Below, piece after piece: positions 1-9,838 of a DNA stretch of 26,828 bases (positions are counted from its first letter, which is position 1; the number at the start of each line of letters is the position of its first letter). The notes beneath the pieces were generated by a model that had not been told where the DNA came from, made no database searches, and was given only the letters and a program-made list of their open reading frames with translations. A program made the translations under genes and the position numbers. The stretch comes from a virus. Its lineage: Duplodnaviria > Caudoviricetes. The stretch spans positions 1 through 26,828 of IMG/VR virus record IMGVR_UViG_3300037674_000278; one strand, given 5' to 3'.

Positions 1-1085
1 GCTTCTAATCTACTTGAAGGCACGTTTAAACTTCTGTAAAGTTTTGATCTAAAATATTCTATATCAGAAATTTCACCTAAATTTGCACCACCAGGTAACG
101 TCTCAATAGAGGTACCTCGGCCGCCTTCTCTACTTGGTAACCAAAAGTCTTCAAGCATAGACATATAGTTTCTATCGTCTCTAACTTCTCCAGTAGCTGC
201 GTCATAAACAAGTTTATTTCTATACCTTGCCATAACATCACGGAGATATTGTTCTGCTTTTACTTTTGGAAGATTACCAACGTCAATCTTAAATACTCTT
301 CTTTCAGGCGCTCTAACTATTCTGTATATAACAGCAGCGTCTTCAATCATACGTAATTGATTGACTGGTTTAATTGCCTTATGTAAATAAGACAACACCA
401 TATTTCTATTTTGGTCTATTAGACCAGAAGGACAAAATGTTATTGCGTCTGTAGCAATTTTTATCCCGCCAGATGTGGTATTTGTAATACCTTTTTCATT
501 GTAAATATAATACTCTTCAAACTCATCAATGATTGATAATCCATAAGGTGTAGGACCATCTGGTCTTTTCTTTCTAATCTCACGAATCTTTTTAATTTTT
601 CGTGGATCAATATATCTTAATTCAGTTATCCCCTTTCTTGTTGCTTCGGGGTCAATAACTTTGTGGTAGAAAATTCTACCATCAACATACCAACGTCTGT
701 ATATGTCGTGACCTTTTGTATTAAAATTCATTAAGTTTAAGAGTTCTCTGAACTCATCCTCAATTTTTCTTTTAATATCATCTCCAAAAGGTACATCATC
801 TAATACAACCTTAACTGCGTCCTTATCCGTTTCATTAGCGATAACGGATTCGTTGACAATATCTTCTATTGCCATATCGCATTCGGGGTGTATTGAGATT
901 TCTCTATATCTTCTAATCAGATCCTGTTCGGTCTTAGCAGTACCTTCCATATCAAGGTACTGACCGAAATAACCCCCAGCGGCGATGGTAGCTGTACCAT
1001 CATCCGCTTGAGGTGTTGTAAATGATTGTTTCGGATCTTGTTTCGGTTTTATCCGATTGATAGAAAATCCAAATAATTCAGCCAT
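1..1085 (-). CDS. gp20: T4-like portal vertex protein (3'-truncated by window edge)
   Basis: Not in the ORF track; hand-translated from ATG at 1085: MAELFGFSI...RRWYVDGRIFYHK...LRYIDPRKI...SYLHKAIKPVNQLRMIEDA.VIYRIVRAPERRVF.IDVGNLPKVKAEQYL...MLEDFWLP.REGGRGT. These are hallmark gp20 motifs, and the gene follows gp19. Confidence 0.97.
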   Translation of the reverse strand, partial: MAELFGFSINRIKPKQDPKQSFTTPQADDGTATIAAGGYFGQYLDMEGTAKTEQDLIRRYREISIHPECDMAIEDIVNESVIANETDKDAVKVVLDDVPFGDDIKRKIEDEFRELLNLMNFNTKGHDIYRRWYVDGRIFYHKVIDPEATRKGITELRYIDPRKIKKIREIRKKRPDGPTPYGLSIIDEFEEYYIYNEKGITNTTSGGIKIATDAITFCPSGLIDQNRNMVLSYLHKAIKPVNQLRMIEDAAVIYRIVRAPERRVFKIDVGNLPKVKAEQYLRDVMARYRNKLVYDAATGEVRDDRNYMSMLEDFWLPSREGGRGTSIETLPGGANLGEISDIEYFRSKLYRSLNVPSSRLE

Positions 1086-1111
1086 AATTTACTTCCTTTT
1101 TTTACTAATCC

Positions 1112-1119
1112 TATTTAGT
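1112..1119 (-). promoter_or_regulatory. Probable late promoter variant (ACTAAATA) upstream of gp20
   Basis: TAAATA core in the gp19-gp20 intergenic gap, about 26 nt upstream of the ATG; deviates from TATAAATA. Confidence 0.5.
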
Positions 1120-1125
1120 TTAGAA

Positions 1126-1653
1126 TTAAGTAGTTGTATTCGATTCAAAATATTGATAAGCCAAGGTAACAGCAAATTCTTCAATTGCTGTAGCTTCGTC
1201 ATAAGATAAGTCAATCGCTGCTATTGCAGTTGGAAAAACTCCTCTTAATGTATAACTTTTAATCGTAGCTCCGTTTCTATCCAATTGATCAACAAAAGCG
1301 TCAACTTGATAATCAGCAGGATTTGTTAATCCTTCGTTATCAGTCATATTGTTGATACCATTTGACCATCTTTCAAATGCGTTTCTTAATTTGAAATTTG
1401 TATCGTTATAAACGGTTACTGACCAATCATCTATTGTTCTATCTCCAGCAATTTTTATAGATCTTCCTCTGAAAGGAACATTAAAACTAGGTACAGCCAT
1501 ACCTGGTAATGATGTCGTTCTACATAAAAATGCTAGTTCTTCTATTTCTCCACCAACTTGTGCAAATCCAGGGAAAGGCATTACTACCTTAAACTGGTTC
1601 GCTCTAGCGCCGCCGCCAGCAAGTTTAGCTTTGAAGTCATTAATGTTTGCCAT
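1126..1653 (-). CDS. gp19: Tail tube protein
   Basis: GGARANQF, LPG...VPFRGR.IKIAGDRT.DDWSVTVYND, FERW.NGIN and IEEF.VTL.YQYF motifs; lies between sheath and portal. Confidence 0.96.
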   Translation of the reverse strand: MANINDFKAKLAGGGARANQFKVVMPFPGFAQVGGEIEELAFLCRTTSLPGMAVPSFNVPFRGRSIKIAGDRTIDDWSVTVYNDTNFKLRNAFERWSNGINNMTDNEGLTNPADYQVDAFVDQLDRNGATIKSYTLRGVFPTAIAAIDLSYDEATAIEEFAVTLAYQYFESNTTT

Positions 1654-1674
1654 TTGATTTCTCCTATTCTATCC

Positions 1675-3600
1675 TTAGCCTGCGACCTCTTCAAAGCTTA
1701 CACCTGTTCGTGTCGCTATGAATTGTAATGTGATAAAGTTGATACTTCTTGCTGGTTTAACAAAAATCTCAGCAATAAATTCGTTTCTATCAATTACTTC
1801 GCCTGTGTTGTTAGTTTCATCACACACTACCATAAAGTCCGTTAATCCACGTCTGCCTTGTATCTCTCGTAAGAAAGGTTCAACGATATTTCTAAATTGT
1901 GCTCTAGTAAATTCATCATTGAATTCAAACAATTGATATTTGGAAGCTGTAGATATTGCTTTCTCTAGTACTATGAATAAACGTCTTACATTAATTCTAT
2001 CAAAAGCACTTGGAGAAGATAGACCAGTTTTATCTCCGAACAATAATGTTCCTTGACCTGGGAATGTACAAACTGGATTTACTCTAGCTCTGTACAAATC
2101 GTCTCTTTGTGTTTTGTTAGGGTTGTAAGCAAGTTTAACTGCTCCTCTAATGATACCTCTGTTGTAACCAGCAGGTGACCACCAAGAGTCTGCAATCAAA
2201 TCCGTTCTAGCAGCTAGGCCAGCAACGTCTCCGTTAAGTGGTACATATCTATAAACATCATTATATCTATCGTACATATATTTGTATCCTGAATCCAAGA
2301 TTACATATGAAGATGATCTAATTCCGTTCATAAAATCTAATACATTTGTTGTTTGAGTTATTGCACTTGCAACTCCAACCACATCTGCTCTTTCAGGAGA
2401 CGCAAATACTACAGCGTCTTTTCTGCCTTCTGCAATTGTGATTAAGTTATCAATATGAATAGCGCTACCAGCGCCTGCAATTATCAATCCAACGTCAACC
2501 GTGTCAGCGTCCTGGAATCTTTCGTAAGCTGTTTTAGTTTCGCCTACTGAAGCTGCCGAGCCGTCTGCTCCGTTATCTAATGATGTACTAGTTGGTGTAT
2601 CTACTGCTGTGAATGTTGTTCCACTAGCTGCATTACCCCAGTTCGTTCCACTTGCGTTGTGATCCATCCAAAAAGCGTAATTACTTTTTCTGAAAATTAC
2701 ATTTGGATAGTAATTATTATCTCCTTGAGGTGATAAAGCGTCTGAAGCTTTTGAAACTTTTTCATAAACTTCTAGTACTTCGCCTTTACTACCTGTTATA
2801 GCGCCATCTTCGTCCACTACTACGATATGCATTTCGTCTAAAGAACCACCTTTAGCAGCTGCACTTGGACTTGTTCCTGGTGCGCCTGCTACTGCTTCGT
2901 AATATGCCCAACGTCTTCTTACGTTTTGACCATCTACGATAGCAGAATGTGTTCCTGCAGAATCAGAAGCACCGTAATAACCTGGTTCTTCTTTTCTTAC
3001 GAATGTTAAATCGTTTGTAGCTTTTGAGATAACTCTATACTCATAACCGCCTGATTCACCAAAATTAACTATATCACCGGCCTCAATCGTTGAAGCGTCT
3101 GCAACGGTGATACCTGTATCACCAACTGCTGTACTTGCGTCATTGATTGTAGTTGCTATTGTTGTTTCATAAGCAGTAGCTGTAGCGCAAATGGAAATTT
3201 TTAAACTATTTCCCCACGCACCAGCAGATCTAGCTGCCCATTCTCCAACAACACCTTGTCCTGTGCTATAATTAACGGTATAATCTTCGGCGTTCTTAAC
3301 TATAAAATTACTTCCAGTTGCGGAAGCAGAATATAGACCAGTATTATTTGTTCTTACTACACGAAGAGCATTTGAGTATTGTAAAAAGTTAGCAGCGCTG
3401 AACCAATCTTCAAAATTGGTGTTGTCTGGTTTACCAAATACAGATACTAATTCCTGTTCACTTGAAATTGTTGTAACCTCATCTACGGGGCCTCTTCGGA
3501 ATACTCCTGCAAAAGCGCCTGTTGATGTTGATACAGCAGGAATTATTCTTGTTAAATCCTTCTCCTGTACGAGAACACCTGGTGATACTTGAAATGCCAT
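1675..3600 (-). CDS. gp18: Contractile tail sheath protein
   Basis: N-terminal FQVSPGV..QEKDLT; C-terminal WWSPAG.NRG, LFGDKT, FDRINVRRLF, FEFNDEFTR and KPARSINFITL.F.ATRTG; strong SD (GAGGAG). Confidence 0.98.
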   Translation of the reverse strand: MAFQVSPGVLVQEKDLTRIIPAVSTSTGAFAGVFRRGPVDEVTTISSEQELVSVFGKPDNTNFEDWFSAANFLQYSNALRVVRTNNTGLYSASATGSNFIVKNAEDYTVNYSTGQGVVGEWAARSAGAWGNSLKISICATATAYETTIATTINDASTAVGDTGITVADASTIEAGDIVNFGESGGYEYRVISKATNDLTFVRKEEPGYYGASDSAGTHSAIVDGQNVRRRWAYYEAVAGAPGTSPSAAAKGGSLDEMHIVVVDEDGAITGSKGEVLEVYEKVSKASDALSPQGDNNYYPNVIFRKSNYAFWMDHNASGTNWGNAASGTTFTAVDTPTSTSLDNGADGSAASVGETKTAYERFQDADTVDVGLIIAGAGSAIHIDNLITIAEGRKDAVVFASPERADVVGVASAITQTTNVLDFMNGIRSSSYVILDSGYKYMYDRYNDVYRYVPLNGDVAGLAARTDLIADSWWSPAGYNRGIIRGAVKLAYNPNKTQRDDLYRARVNPVCTFPGQGTLLFGDKTGLSSPSAFDRINVRRLFIVLEKAISTASKYQLFEFNDEFTRAQFRNIVEPFLREIQGRRGLTDFMVVCDETNNTGEVIDRNEFIAEIFVKPARSINFITLQFIATRTGVSFEEVAG

Positions 3601-3618
3601 AAGGTTTTCTCCTCTTAA

Positions 3619-3684
3619 TTAGCTAATTATTAATTTTATCTGTTCAAAACTCGTATTATTCATACGCCCATAGTTAAATTTCAT
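3619..3684 (-). other. Candidate 21-aa leader ORF (MKFNYGRMNNTSFEQIKLIIS) in the gp18 5' leader
   Basis: ATG lies 8 nt after a TATAAATA box; the frame is open to a TAA just before the gp18 SD. Could be chance. Confidence 0.35.
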
Positions 3685-3692
3685 CTTATCAA

Positions 3693-3700
3693 TATTTATA
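3693..3700 (-). promoter_or_regulatory. T4-type late promoter TATAAATA upstream of gp18
   Basis: Exact gp55-sigma consensus in the gp17-gp18 intergenic region, oriented toward gp18. Confidence 0.85.
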
Positions 3701-3713
3701 ATAAGGCCATTCC

Positions 3714-5348
3714 TCAATGTCCTTTTCTGGTTACGTTATGCCACACCGTACCATATTCATCTATATTCTTCTCCGGTTCCGGATCATTTATACCGTCATC
3801 TACAAAACCGAAAGGCGCCATATCTTGCTCAATTAGGTTAGCCTGCTCTTCATATAGTTGTTGTCTAGCATTGGTATTAGTCATTTCTTTAAAGAACGTC
3901 TGGTTGGATAACCAACCAAATACTACTAAACACATCATAAGGTCATCATTACAACCCTCCTCTGCCATCCAGGAGTTACCACGCCTACTAAAAGTTGACA
4001 TTTCTTCTACTATCTGAAAATCTGTAAGTAATAATTTATCTGCTTCAATCAATGTTTTAATATTAGAACAACCTATTTTTTTAATTTGTTTGGTCATCCT
4101 AACACCCATTGAGGAACCTCTAGCACTATAACCTACACCTAATACCTGACCTGCTCTACCTCTTTGAGTAGTCATAAGAATATTATCATACTCTAATTCA
4201 AAATGCATTGCCTCAGCAATTTGTTGGCCAAGGTCATTTACTTCACAAAGTATATGAGCGTGATTATATGCCTTACAAGCCTTGTCTATAATATGTGGAA
4301 AAGTTATAGGTTTAATTTCATTATTTTTATATTTTGCAACCACCTTATAAGGCATTTTGGTTACATCAACTATAATAAAAGCAGAGTAATCTTTTTCAAC
4401 TCCTCTAGCAACATCCACCGTACACACATAAGTCCTATTTTTTGTAGGTCTTTCATATACGTCCAAACCACCAGATGATTCAATTGGATTGACCAATGGT
4501 ATTGCTTTAATTTTTGTTGGTGAAATTAAAGTATCTACTGAACCTAAAAACTCACACTCAAACTCCTGCTGGAATTGTTCAGGTGATGTATTTCTTATTG
4601 TCTCTTCTTTCCATTTTTCGTCTCTACCAGGCACTTCACTCCAATGTACCTCTATTGGTGTATAATCATTTCTTTTATTTACACTATCTGTCCATAATTT
4701 ATAGTACATATTCATTCCGTGTGGAGTAGAAACAATAATCATTTTTGTTGTTTTACCAGATGAAATTGTGGGAAAAACTGAACTAAAAAATTGTTCGGCA
4801 ATATTAGCAGGTACGAAAGCAAACTCATCAAGAAATATTATATTATATGAACCACCTCGGATTGCACTTGAAGATGTAGCAGCCGCTACAATGGTTGATT
4901 TATTTTCTAATTCAATACTACCTTTGTTCCAATTTAAAACACCTTGTTGTAACCAAGGTGGTAAGTTTTCATAAGCAAGTTGTAATCTTCCCAATATATC
5001 TCTAGCAGTTGAAGATTTATTGGCAAGAATAGCCACGTTAGAATTAGGATTAAATATTGCATAATGTAATAGATAAGATATAATAGTAGTTGACTTACCT
5101 GATTGTCTAGGTAATTTTGCAATTGTAAATCTTTCATTATGAATCGTACCAACTATTTCTTTTTGAAAATCATACATTTGAAAAGGTACAAGACCTTCGT
5201 CAAGTGAAACTATCTTTAAATAGTTTTGTATAAAATAAATTGGATCTTTCTGGCACTTCTGAAATTCCAAAATGTTTTCTTTTGTGAACTCCTGAACTAC
5301 GCCAGCCTTTTTTAAATTAGGATTTCCTAGATATGCGTCTTTACTCAT
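3714..5348 (-). CDS. gp17: Terminase large subunit
   Basis: YLGNPNLKK N-terminus, Walker A RQSGKST, Walker B IIFLDEFAF, STPHGMN, nuclease motifs VDVARG and NDDLMM. Start moved from 5363 to the ATG at 5348 (ATGA overlap with the upstream stop). Confidence 0.98.
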   Translation of the reverse strand: MSKDAYLGNPNLKKAGVVQEFTKENILEFQKCQKDPIYFIQNYLKIVSLDEGLVPFQMYDFQKEIVGTIHNERFTIAKLPRQSGKSTTIISYLLHYAIFNPNSNVAILANKSSTARDILGRLQLAYENLPPWLQQGVLNWNKGSIELENKSTIVAAATSSSAIRGGSYNIIFLDEFAFVPANIAEQFFSSVFPTISSGKTTKMIIVSTPHGMNMYYKLWTDSVNKRNDYTPIEVHWSEVPGRDEKWKEETIRNTSPEQFQQEFECEFLGSVDTLISPTKIKAIPLVNPIESSGGLDVYERPTKNRTYVCTVDVARGVEKDYSAFIIVDVTKMPYKVVAKYKNNEIKPITFPHIIDKACKAYNHAHILCEVNDLGQQIAEAMHFELEYDNILMTTQRGRAGQVLGVGYSARGSSMGVRMTKQIKKIGCSNIKTLIEADKLLLTDFQIVEEMSTFSRRGNSWMAEEGCNDDLMMCLVVFGWLSNQTFFKEMTNTNARQQLYEEQANLIEQDMAPFGFVDDGINDPEPEKNIDEYGTVWHNVTRKGH

Positions 5349-5947
5349 TGTTTTGTATCCCAAAAATTAAAATTTATTACTTCTCTAAATGGATGGTCTT
5401 TTGGATGGTTACCACTATGCATAATATTAGGCCTCATATAAACGGCTCTACCTTTTTTAAATGGGATTCTTTCTATTTCATTATTATCATCATCAAATAA
5501 AACCGTGTCTCCATCGGAATTATTTAGGTGTACTATACAAATTTTCAAGTGTGCTTTCTCTTCAGGTTCTACATCACAATGAGGAGTATTATAACCTCCT
5601 TCAATAATTTTTTCTGATTTAAGTTGTAAATTTAGTTTTACTCTATATGATTTTACTATTCCTAAATCTTCTGCAATAGGTCCTACTATTCTATTCACAT
5701 ATGGAGAAACAATTTTGGCGTGACCAACCAACATATGAAAAAATTGTATGTCTTCATACATCTTTGGATATTCCATTCTAATTGGTTGAGCGTCAATAGA
5801 AATACCAGGTTTAAATACCGTACCATAAGAGGCAAGAAACCAAGGAAAGTCATCATTATGAATTGTGGTATATTCAATAGCTTTAAGTCTCTTATCGTCT
5901 ATTATACCATCTTTGACAATAAATTTGTCTTTAGATAAATCAATCAT
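5345..5947 (-). CDS. Putative 2OG-Fe(II) oxygenase-like protein
   Basis: FPWF N-terminal motif, PHCD (HxD), LNNSDGDT, KGRAV...MHSG (distal His), R.VINFNF (2OG-binding Arg). Confidence 0.75.
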   Translation of the reverse strand: MIDLSKDKFIVKDGIIDDKRLKAIEYTTIHNDDFPWFLASYGTVFKPGISIDAQPIRMEYPKMYEDIQFFHMLVGHAKIVSPYVNRIVGPIAEDLGIVKSYRVKLNLQLKSEKIIEGGYNTPHCDVEPEEKAHLKICIVHLNNSDGDTVLFDDDNNEIERIPFKKGRAVYMRPNIMHSGNHPKDHPFREVINFNFWDTKQ

Positions 5948-7004
5948 TGCCTAATGTTTTTTCCTCTCTAAATTCTGGACGTAATTTATGTAAATCTTTT
6001 CTATGCGTTGTCATATGTTTTTCTATAAACACATCATTATTTTCTCTATCTTTAATTCTAACCATAGGTACTCTATTTTTTTCAATCTCAACGTCTCTTA
6101 CAAAAAGGGTCATTGTTAATCTAGATTCTTCTGGTGAGTTCATTACATAATTATTTAATCTATGATGATTTTGTGCGTCATAACCAACAAAACGATTATA
6201 AACATTTTTTATATTTACCGTCTCTTCAAATCTTTCGTGAAATTTTTTATGTTCTTCTCTATACTCTTCATCTCCAACTTCAGCGGCTGCTATTCTTTTT
6301 TGATAAACTCCAATGCCTTCTCTTGTTTCACCACTTGAATTCTTTTCTTTATGCCATTGTTCTCTAAATTGTTTATGATTGTTGTAAGCTTCCTCTGTAT
6401 ATGCACCTTGCGTGGCCATATAGTTAGCACAATCTTTACCCCTATAAAACGTTCCATCTTTAAAATATCTCCAAGGATAAAATCCCATTCTACGACCATA
6501 TTTTAAAAAATTACTTTTGTCTGTTGGTTTCATTCTAAACAAAGAAGTTCCAGAATCAAGTCTTGCATTAGGATTTAAATAAACTAAACCAGCAAAATGT
6601 ACATCACTATCTTGGTGTACCCAACCTTGATTCATTATATCATCTGGATTATTATTGTAAGCAGGTATTTCGTGGAAGTAAATATTACTAAATCCCCATT
6701 GGACATTTTGTCTACCTAAATCAAAGTAGGCTGAAAAAACTTTAAGTAATATTTGTTGTGCTAATTGTTGGTCTATTTCGTGAAGAGGTGGTGTTCTAAT
6801 ACCAGGCCATTTTGAATCAGGCGATGGTCCTTTTGGTAGACTTAATGCATAATCTCTAATTATATCCGGATTATCAAAAAAATTATCAACAATAAATGGA
6901 AAAAATTGTGTGTTATCGTCTGGCATATCTGGTGCTACCCAGCTGCCACCACCATTTTTATCTAGTTTTATTTTTGTCTGTTTCTGGTCTAACGTTTCGT
7001 TCAT
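5940..7004 (-). CDS. Putative 2OG-Fe(II) oxygenase-like protein (DUF6445-like)
   Basis: IVDNFFDNPD.IR.YAL, WPG.RT, WVHQD (HxD), AGLVYLNP..SGTSLF, VYNR...YD...HH, RLT..LF. ATG at 7004 preferred over GTG at 7013 because of a GGTGA SD. Confidence 0.72.
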   Translation of the reverse strand: MNETLDQKQTKIKLDKNGGGSWVAPDMPDDNTQFFPFIVDNFFDNPDIIRDYALSLPKGPSPDSKWPGIRTPPLHEIDQQLAQQILLKVFSAYFDLGRQNVQWGFSNIYFHEIPAYNNNPDDIMNQGWVHQDSDVHFAGLVYLNPNARLDSGTSLFRMKPTDKSNFLKYGRRMGFYPWRYFKDGTFYRGKDCANYMATQGAYTEEAYNNHKQFREQWHKEKNSSGETREGIGVYQKRIAAAEVGDEEYREEHKKFHERFEETVNIKNVYNRFVGYDAQNHHRLNNYVMNSPEESRLTMTLFVRDVEIEKNRVPMVRIKDRENNDVFIEKHMTTHRKDLHKLRPEFREEKTLGND

Positions 7005-7395
7005 TCTTTTCACCTTTTAACATTTTTTGTAGCTCTGCTGTAGAACCTACGAATAAAGCATTTTTAATAGTAGCGTTAGTTTTATTTGGAACGTCTTTTA
7101 AATCTCTTAATTTCTTTTGTAAGTCTTGTAATTTATCAACCGTTTCGCCAACATTTTTAATTAATATTCCTGCCACTTCGTAAGCTCGTGGGTGTTGCCC
7201 CTCTTGAGCGATTTCTAAAATACCATCAATAGCTTTTTGTCCACGATCTATTAAACTATAATAATTTTCTCTACTATAATCGTGGTCACTATCTACTTGA
7301 TTTTCTTTTTCTATTGGTACAGGAGGTTCCTTTTTTACTTCTGGTAATGTTGAAACTCCTAATATTTCAGACATCTTATCTTCTAATTTACCCAT
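6958..7395 (-). CDS. gp16: Terminase small subunit
   Basis: DHDYSRENYYSLI..GQ.AI.GIL, HPRAYEVAG.LIK.V and NALFVGSTAELQKML motifs; lies downstream of gp15. Confidence 0.95.
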   Translation of the reverse strand: MGKLEDKMSEILGVSTLPEVKKEPPVPIEKENQVDSDHDYSRENYYSLIDRGQKAIDGILEIAQEGQHPRAYEVAGILIKNVGETVDKLQDLQKKLRDLKDVPNKTNATIKNALFVGSTAELQKMLKGEKNERNVRPETDKNKTR

Positions 7396-7415
7396 AATAT
7401 TATATATCCTTTTCC

Positions 7416-8177
7416 TTATTCACCCTTTTGAGAAAATGTAATAGTAGTTGTAAAACCAAAATCATCATCAGCGTCTGCTGTGGTTGGATTAGGTTCTATT
7501 ACTATTCTTTCTTCATAAGCTGCTGGTGCTAAATCTGTTGCTATATCCGTTACCGCTTTCTTAATTACACCTTGTTGTGTTATTGGTCCATATAAGTAAG
7601 TTTTAGCTGTAAAGTTCATAGTATATATTACTGCTCTACGTGTTTCAAAATTACCTGTATAACTATCTTCATAAGATACCGTATTTAAAATAATTGGTAC
7701 GTCTCTTTTTAAACTTAATTTTGGTATCATATTAATTGTTACCGTATAATCAGGTTGAAAGAACGGTAAAATTTGTTCTACAATTTGCAAACCATTTTCT
7801 GCTGTAGATGTAAATGAATATAAATTATAACTTATATTATATGGAACAGGTGTATAGTTCCACTCTAAAGTCTTTCCATCTTTTACTTGTTTAAATTTTT
7901 GAAGTTTATTTAATTTTCTACTTGAGTCATATTCTAATCCTGAAATTTCAAATCCCATTCTAGGTAATACAATAGAAAATTCTCTACTAGTTAAATCTGG
8001 TTGTTGGTCTAATCTTACTAAAAATTTTTCTTTAGGTGCATATGCTAAAGGCACACGCATTCTTTTAGTGATAGCACCAGTACTTGATTTGGTTACTACA
8101 TCTATATTATTAAATATCTGTCCAAATGCAACCGTTAATCTTCTTAAACCTTCGTTATAAAAATAATTTCCAAACAT
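7416..8177 (-). CDS. gp15: Tail sheath stabilizer / tail terminator
   Basis: YFYNE.LR....AFG.IFNNI, VPLAYAPKEKFL.RL, LPRM.FE, QIVEQILPFFQP and F..KTYLYGP motifs. Confidence 0.95.
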   Translation of the reverse strand: MFGNYFYNEGLRRLTVAFGQIFNNIDVVTKSSTGAITKRMRVPLAYAPKEKFLVRLDQQPDLTSREFSIVLPRMGFEISGLEYDSSRKLNKLQKFKQVKDGKTLEWNYTPVPYNISYNLYSFTSTAENGLQIVEQILPFFQPDYTVTINMIPKLSLKRDVPIILNTVSYEDSYTGNFETRRAVIYTMNFTAKTYLYGPITQQGVIKKAVTDIATDLAPAAYEERIVIEPNPTTADADDDFGFTTTITFSQKGE

Positions 8178-8989
8178 TAATTAATATCTCCAAATGGATT
8201 GCTTTCTGTAAAATCTAATATGTCGTCTTCAACGGTTTCAGTATCAAATCCACCAGCAGTATCTAAATCTAAATTGTCTGCATAAGGAGATTGTTCTTGT
8301 AATATTTCACCTTCTACAAATTCCTCATTTGTAAGGAAATTAGGTTCACCTGTTGGTTTATCTTGTTCCATTAATATTGATCCTGCTCCTGTACTTTCTT
8401 CCGTACCTATTTCTAAACTAAATCTGTAAATTAATTCATTGAGTGAATACTTATCTTCAGCTGCGTCTATAGCAGATACACCAGTATCCAATTTTTCACT
8501 TGCGTATTCCCATTTAGTAACCCTTAATTTATATACTGGTAAATTTCCTAATTGATAGAAAGGTTCCTGGTCTTCAACAAATAAAATTTCAAAAAAGGAA
8601 CCCATTAAAGGCATATAGATTATATCGCCTTCTCTTGGTCTTTGTTCTGTTATTACATTGTTAGCATTGCCAACGTGGTAATCCCAAGTTCTTTTTGCAA
8701 CACAAAAAGTTGTGTCGTCTCTAATTTCTAATCCAAATTTGGAAACTAATTCTTGTTCGCCAGCAAAACCTTCGGTAGTCTGCATATACATTTCAACCAT
8801 ATATGAGTGGTCAAAACGTGAAGATACATCTTCACCTAAAACTAGGTCTCTATTTACTAAAGTTCTTGGTAAGTAATAACAATCGTGTCCGTAGATTTTT
8901 AAACTCTCTACTACAATGTCCTCGTAGAGACGTTTCTCTGCGTGGTTTCCAATGCCCTTACCACCTTGAAAGTAATGATTAACTGGCAT
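8177..8989 (-). CDS. gp14: Neck protein
   Basis: E.LKIYG.D.YYLPR, SKFGLEIRD, RPREGD.IY.P, PFYQLG, C-terminal DFTESNPFG. Confidence 0.95.
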   Translation of the reverse strand: MPVNHYFQGGKGIGNHAEKRLYEDIVVESLKIYGHDCYYLPRTLVNRDLVLGEDVSSRFDHSYMVEMYMQTTEGFAGEQELVSKFGLEIRDDTTFCVAKRTWDYHVGNANNVITEQRPREGDIIYMPLMGSFFEILFVEDQEPFYQLGNLPVYKLRVTKWEYASEKLDTGVSAIDAAEDKYSLNELIYRFSLEIGTEESTGAGSILMEQDKPTGEPNFLTNEEFVEGEILQEQSPYADNLDLDTAGGFDTETVEDDILDFTESNPFGDIN

Positions 8990-8993
8990 TTTT

Positions 8994-9803
8994 TTATCCT
9001 ATCAAAAAGTCTGGATTAACTTCGTATGTTGATCTTATTTTTGTTTCTAAATGGTCTAAATCTGTCATAGCTTCTTGGAATATTTGTTTACCATTTAGTG
9101 AAACTCCACCTATCATAGTAACCCCGTCAAATTTGGACAAATTAGTACCCCATTGTTTTTTAAATAAAGCGGTAACATATCTTTTTAAAAATATGTCGTT
9201 GTAAATATCTGTATATGTTTCTGGATCTAATACTCTATAACATTCTATAACCAAATACTCATCAAGAAATAAATCATTTTTCCAATCCATATCAATATAT
9301 AATTTATTTTCGTGTTCGTTAAATCTTAATGGTTTTTCACCAACTAATATATGGTCCAAGAAATCTAAATGTCTTAAAACTATATCATAATTGATAACAG
9401 AAGTAGATGAAAAATCATAAAGGTCATTTAACCTTAATTGGTATCTAACATCAAATAAATTCATATTTGATTTATTAGAAAAAGGAAATATATTGGTAAC
9501 TGATATAACAGAAGAAGGCATAATTAAATAACCATTACCTTCCGTCCAACTAGTTGTTTCGGAACCTTGCGTACCTGTTGTTGTGGGTTCTGTACCTAAA
9601 ATTCTATCTTTTTCAGCTTGAGTATATTTGTATTTAAGATAAGTTCTGCTTATACCACCATAGTGATATTGACCAAAATATTGCAACGCTTCATCAATTC
9701 TATCTTCTAACTGGTCGTCATCTACGTTTATCTCAATGACAGGTTTACCCAATGCTCTTAAAGCATATTGTTTTAAATTTTCCCTTGTAGCCGGATTAGC
9801 CAT
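8994..9803 (-). CDS. gp13: Neck protein
   Basis: LKQYALRALG.PVIEINVDDDQLEDRIDEALQYF, LFDVRYQLRLND, K.QWG.NLSKF.G....GGV.LNG, C-terminal DFLIG. Confidence 0.96.
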   Translation of the reverse strand: MANPATRENLKQYALRALGKPVIEINVDDDQLEDRIDEALQYFGQYHYGGISRTYLKYKYTQAEKDRILGTEPTTTGTQGSETTSWTEGNGYLIMPSSVISVTNIFPFSNKSNMNLFDVRYQLRLNDLYDFSSTSVINYDIVLRHLDFLDHILVGEKPLRFNEHENKLYIDMDWKNDLFLDEYLVIECYRVLDPETYTDIYNDIFLKRYVTALFKKQWGTNLSKFDGVTMIGGVSLNGKQIFQEAMTDLDHLETKIRSTYEVNPDFLIG

Positions 9804-9824
9804 ATATTCTACCTCTTTGTGGTA

Positions 9825-9832
9825 TATTTATA
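9825..9832 (-). promoter_or_regulatory. T4-type late promoter TATAAATA upstream of gp13
   Basis: Exact consensus 21 nt upstream of the gp13 ATG. Confidence 0.85.
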
Positions 9833-9838
9833 AGATTA

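Noticed and set aside
3714-5348. Possible intein or intron in the terminase
   Set aside because: Length is normal for gp17, motifs are contiguous, and no splicing or homing-endonuclease motifs are visible.
1718-6499. Short plus-strand and off-frame ORFs inside gp18, gp17 and the oxygenases
   Set aside because: Fully nested within well-supported genes, several with non-ATG starts and no recognisable motifs.
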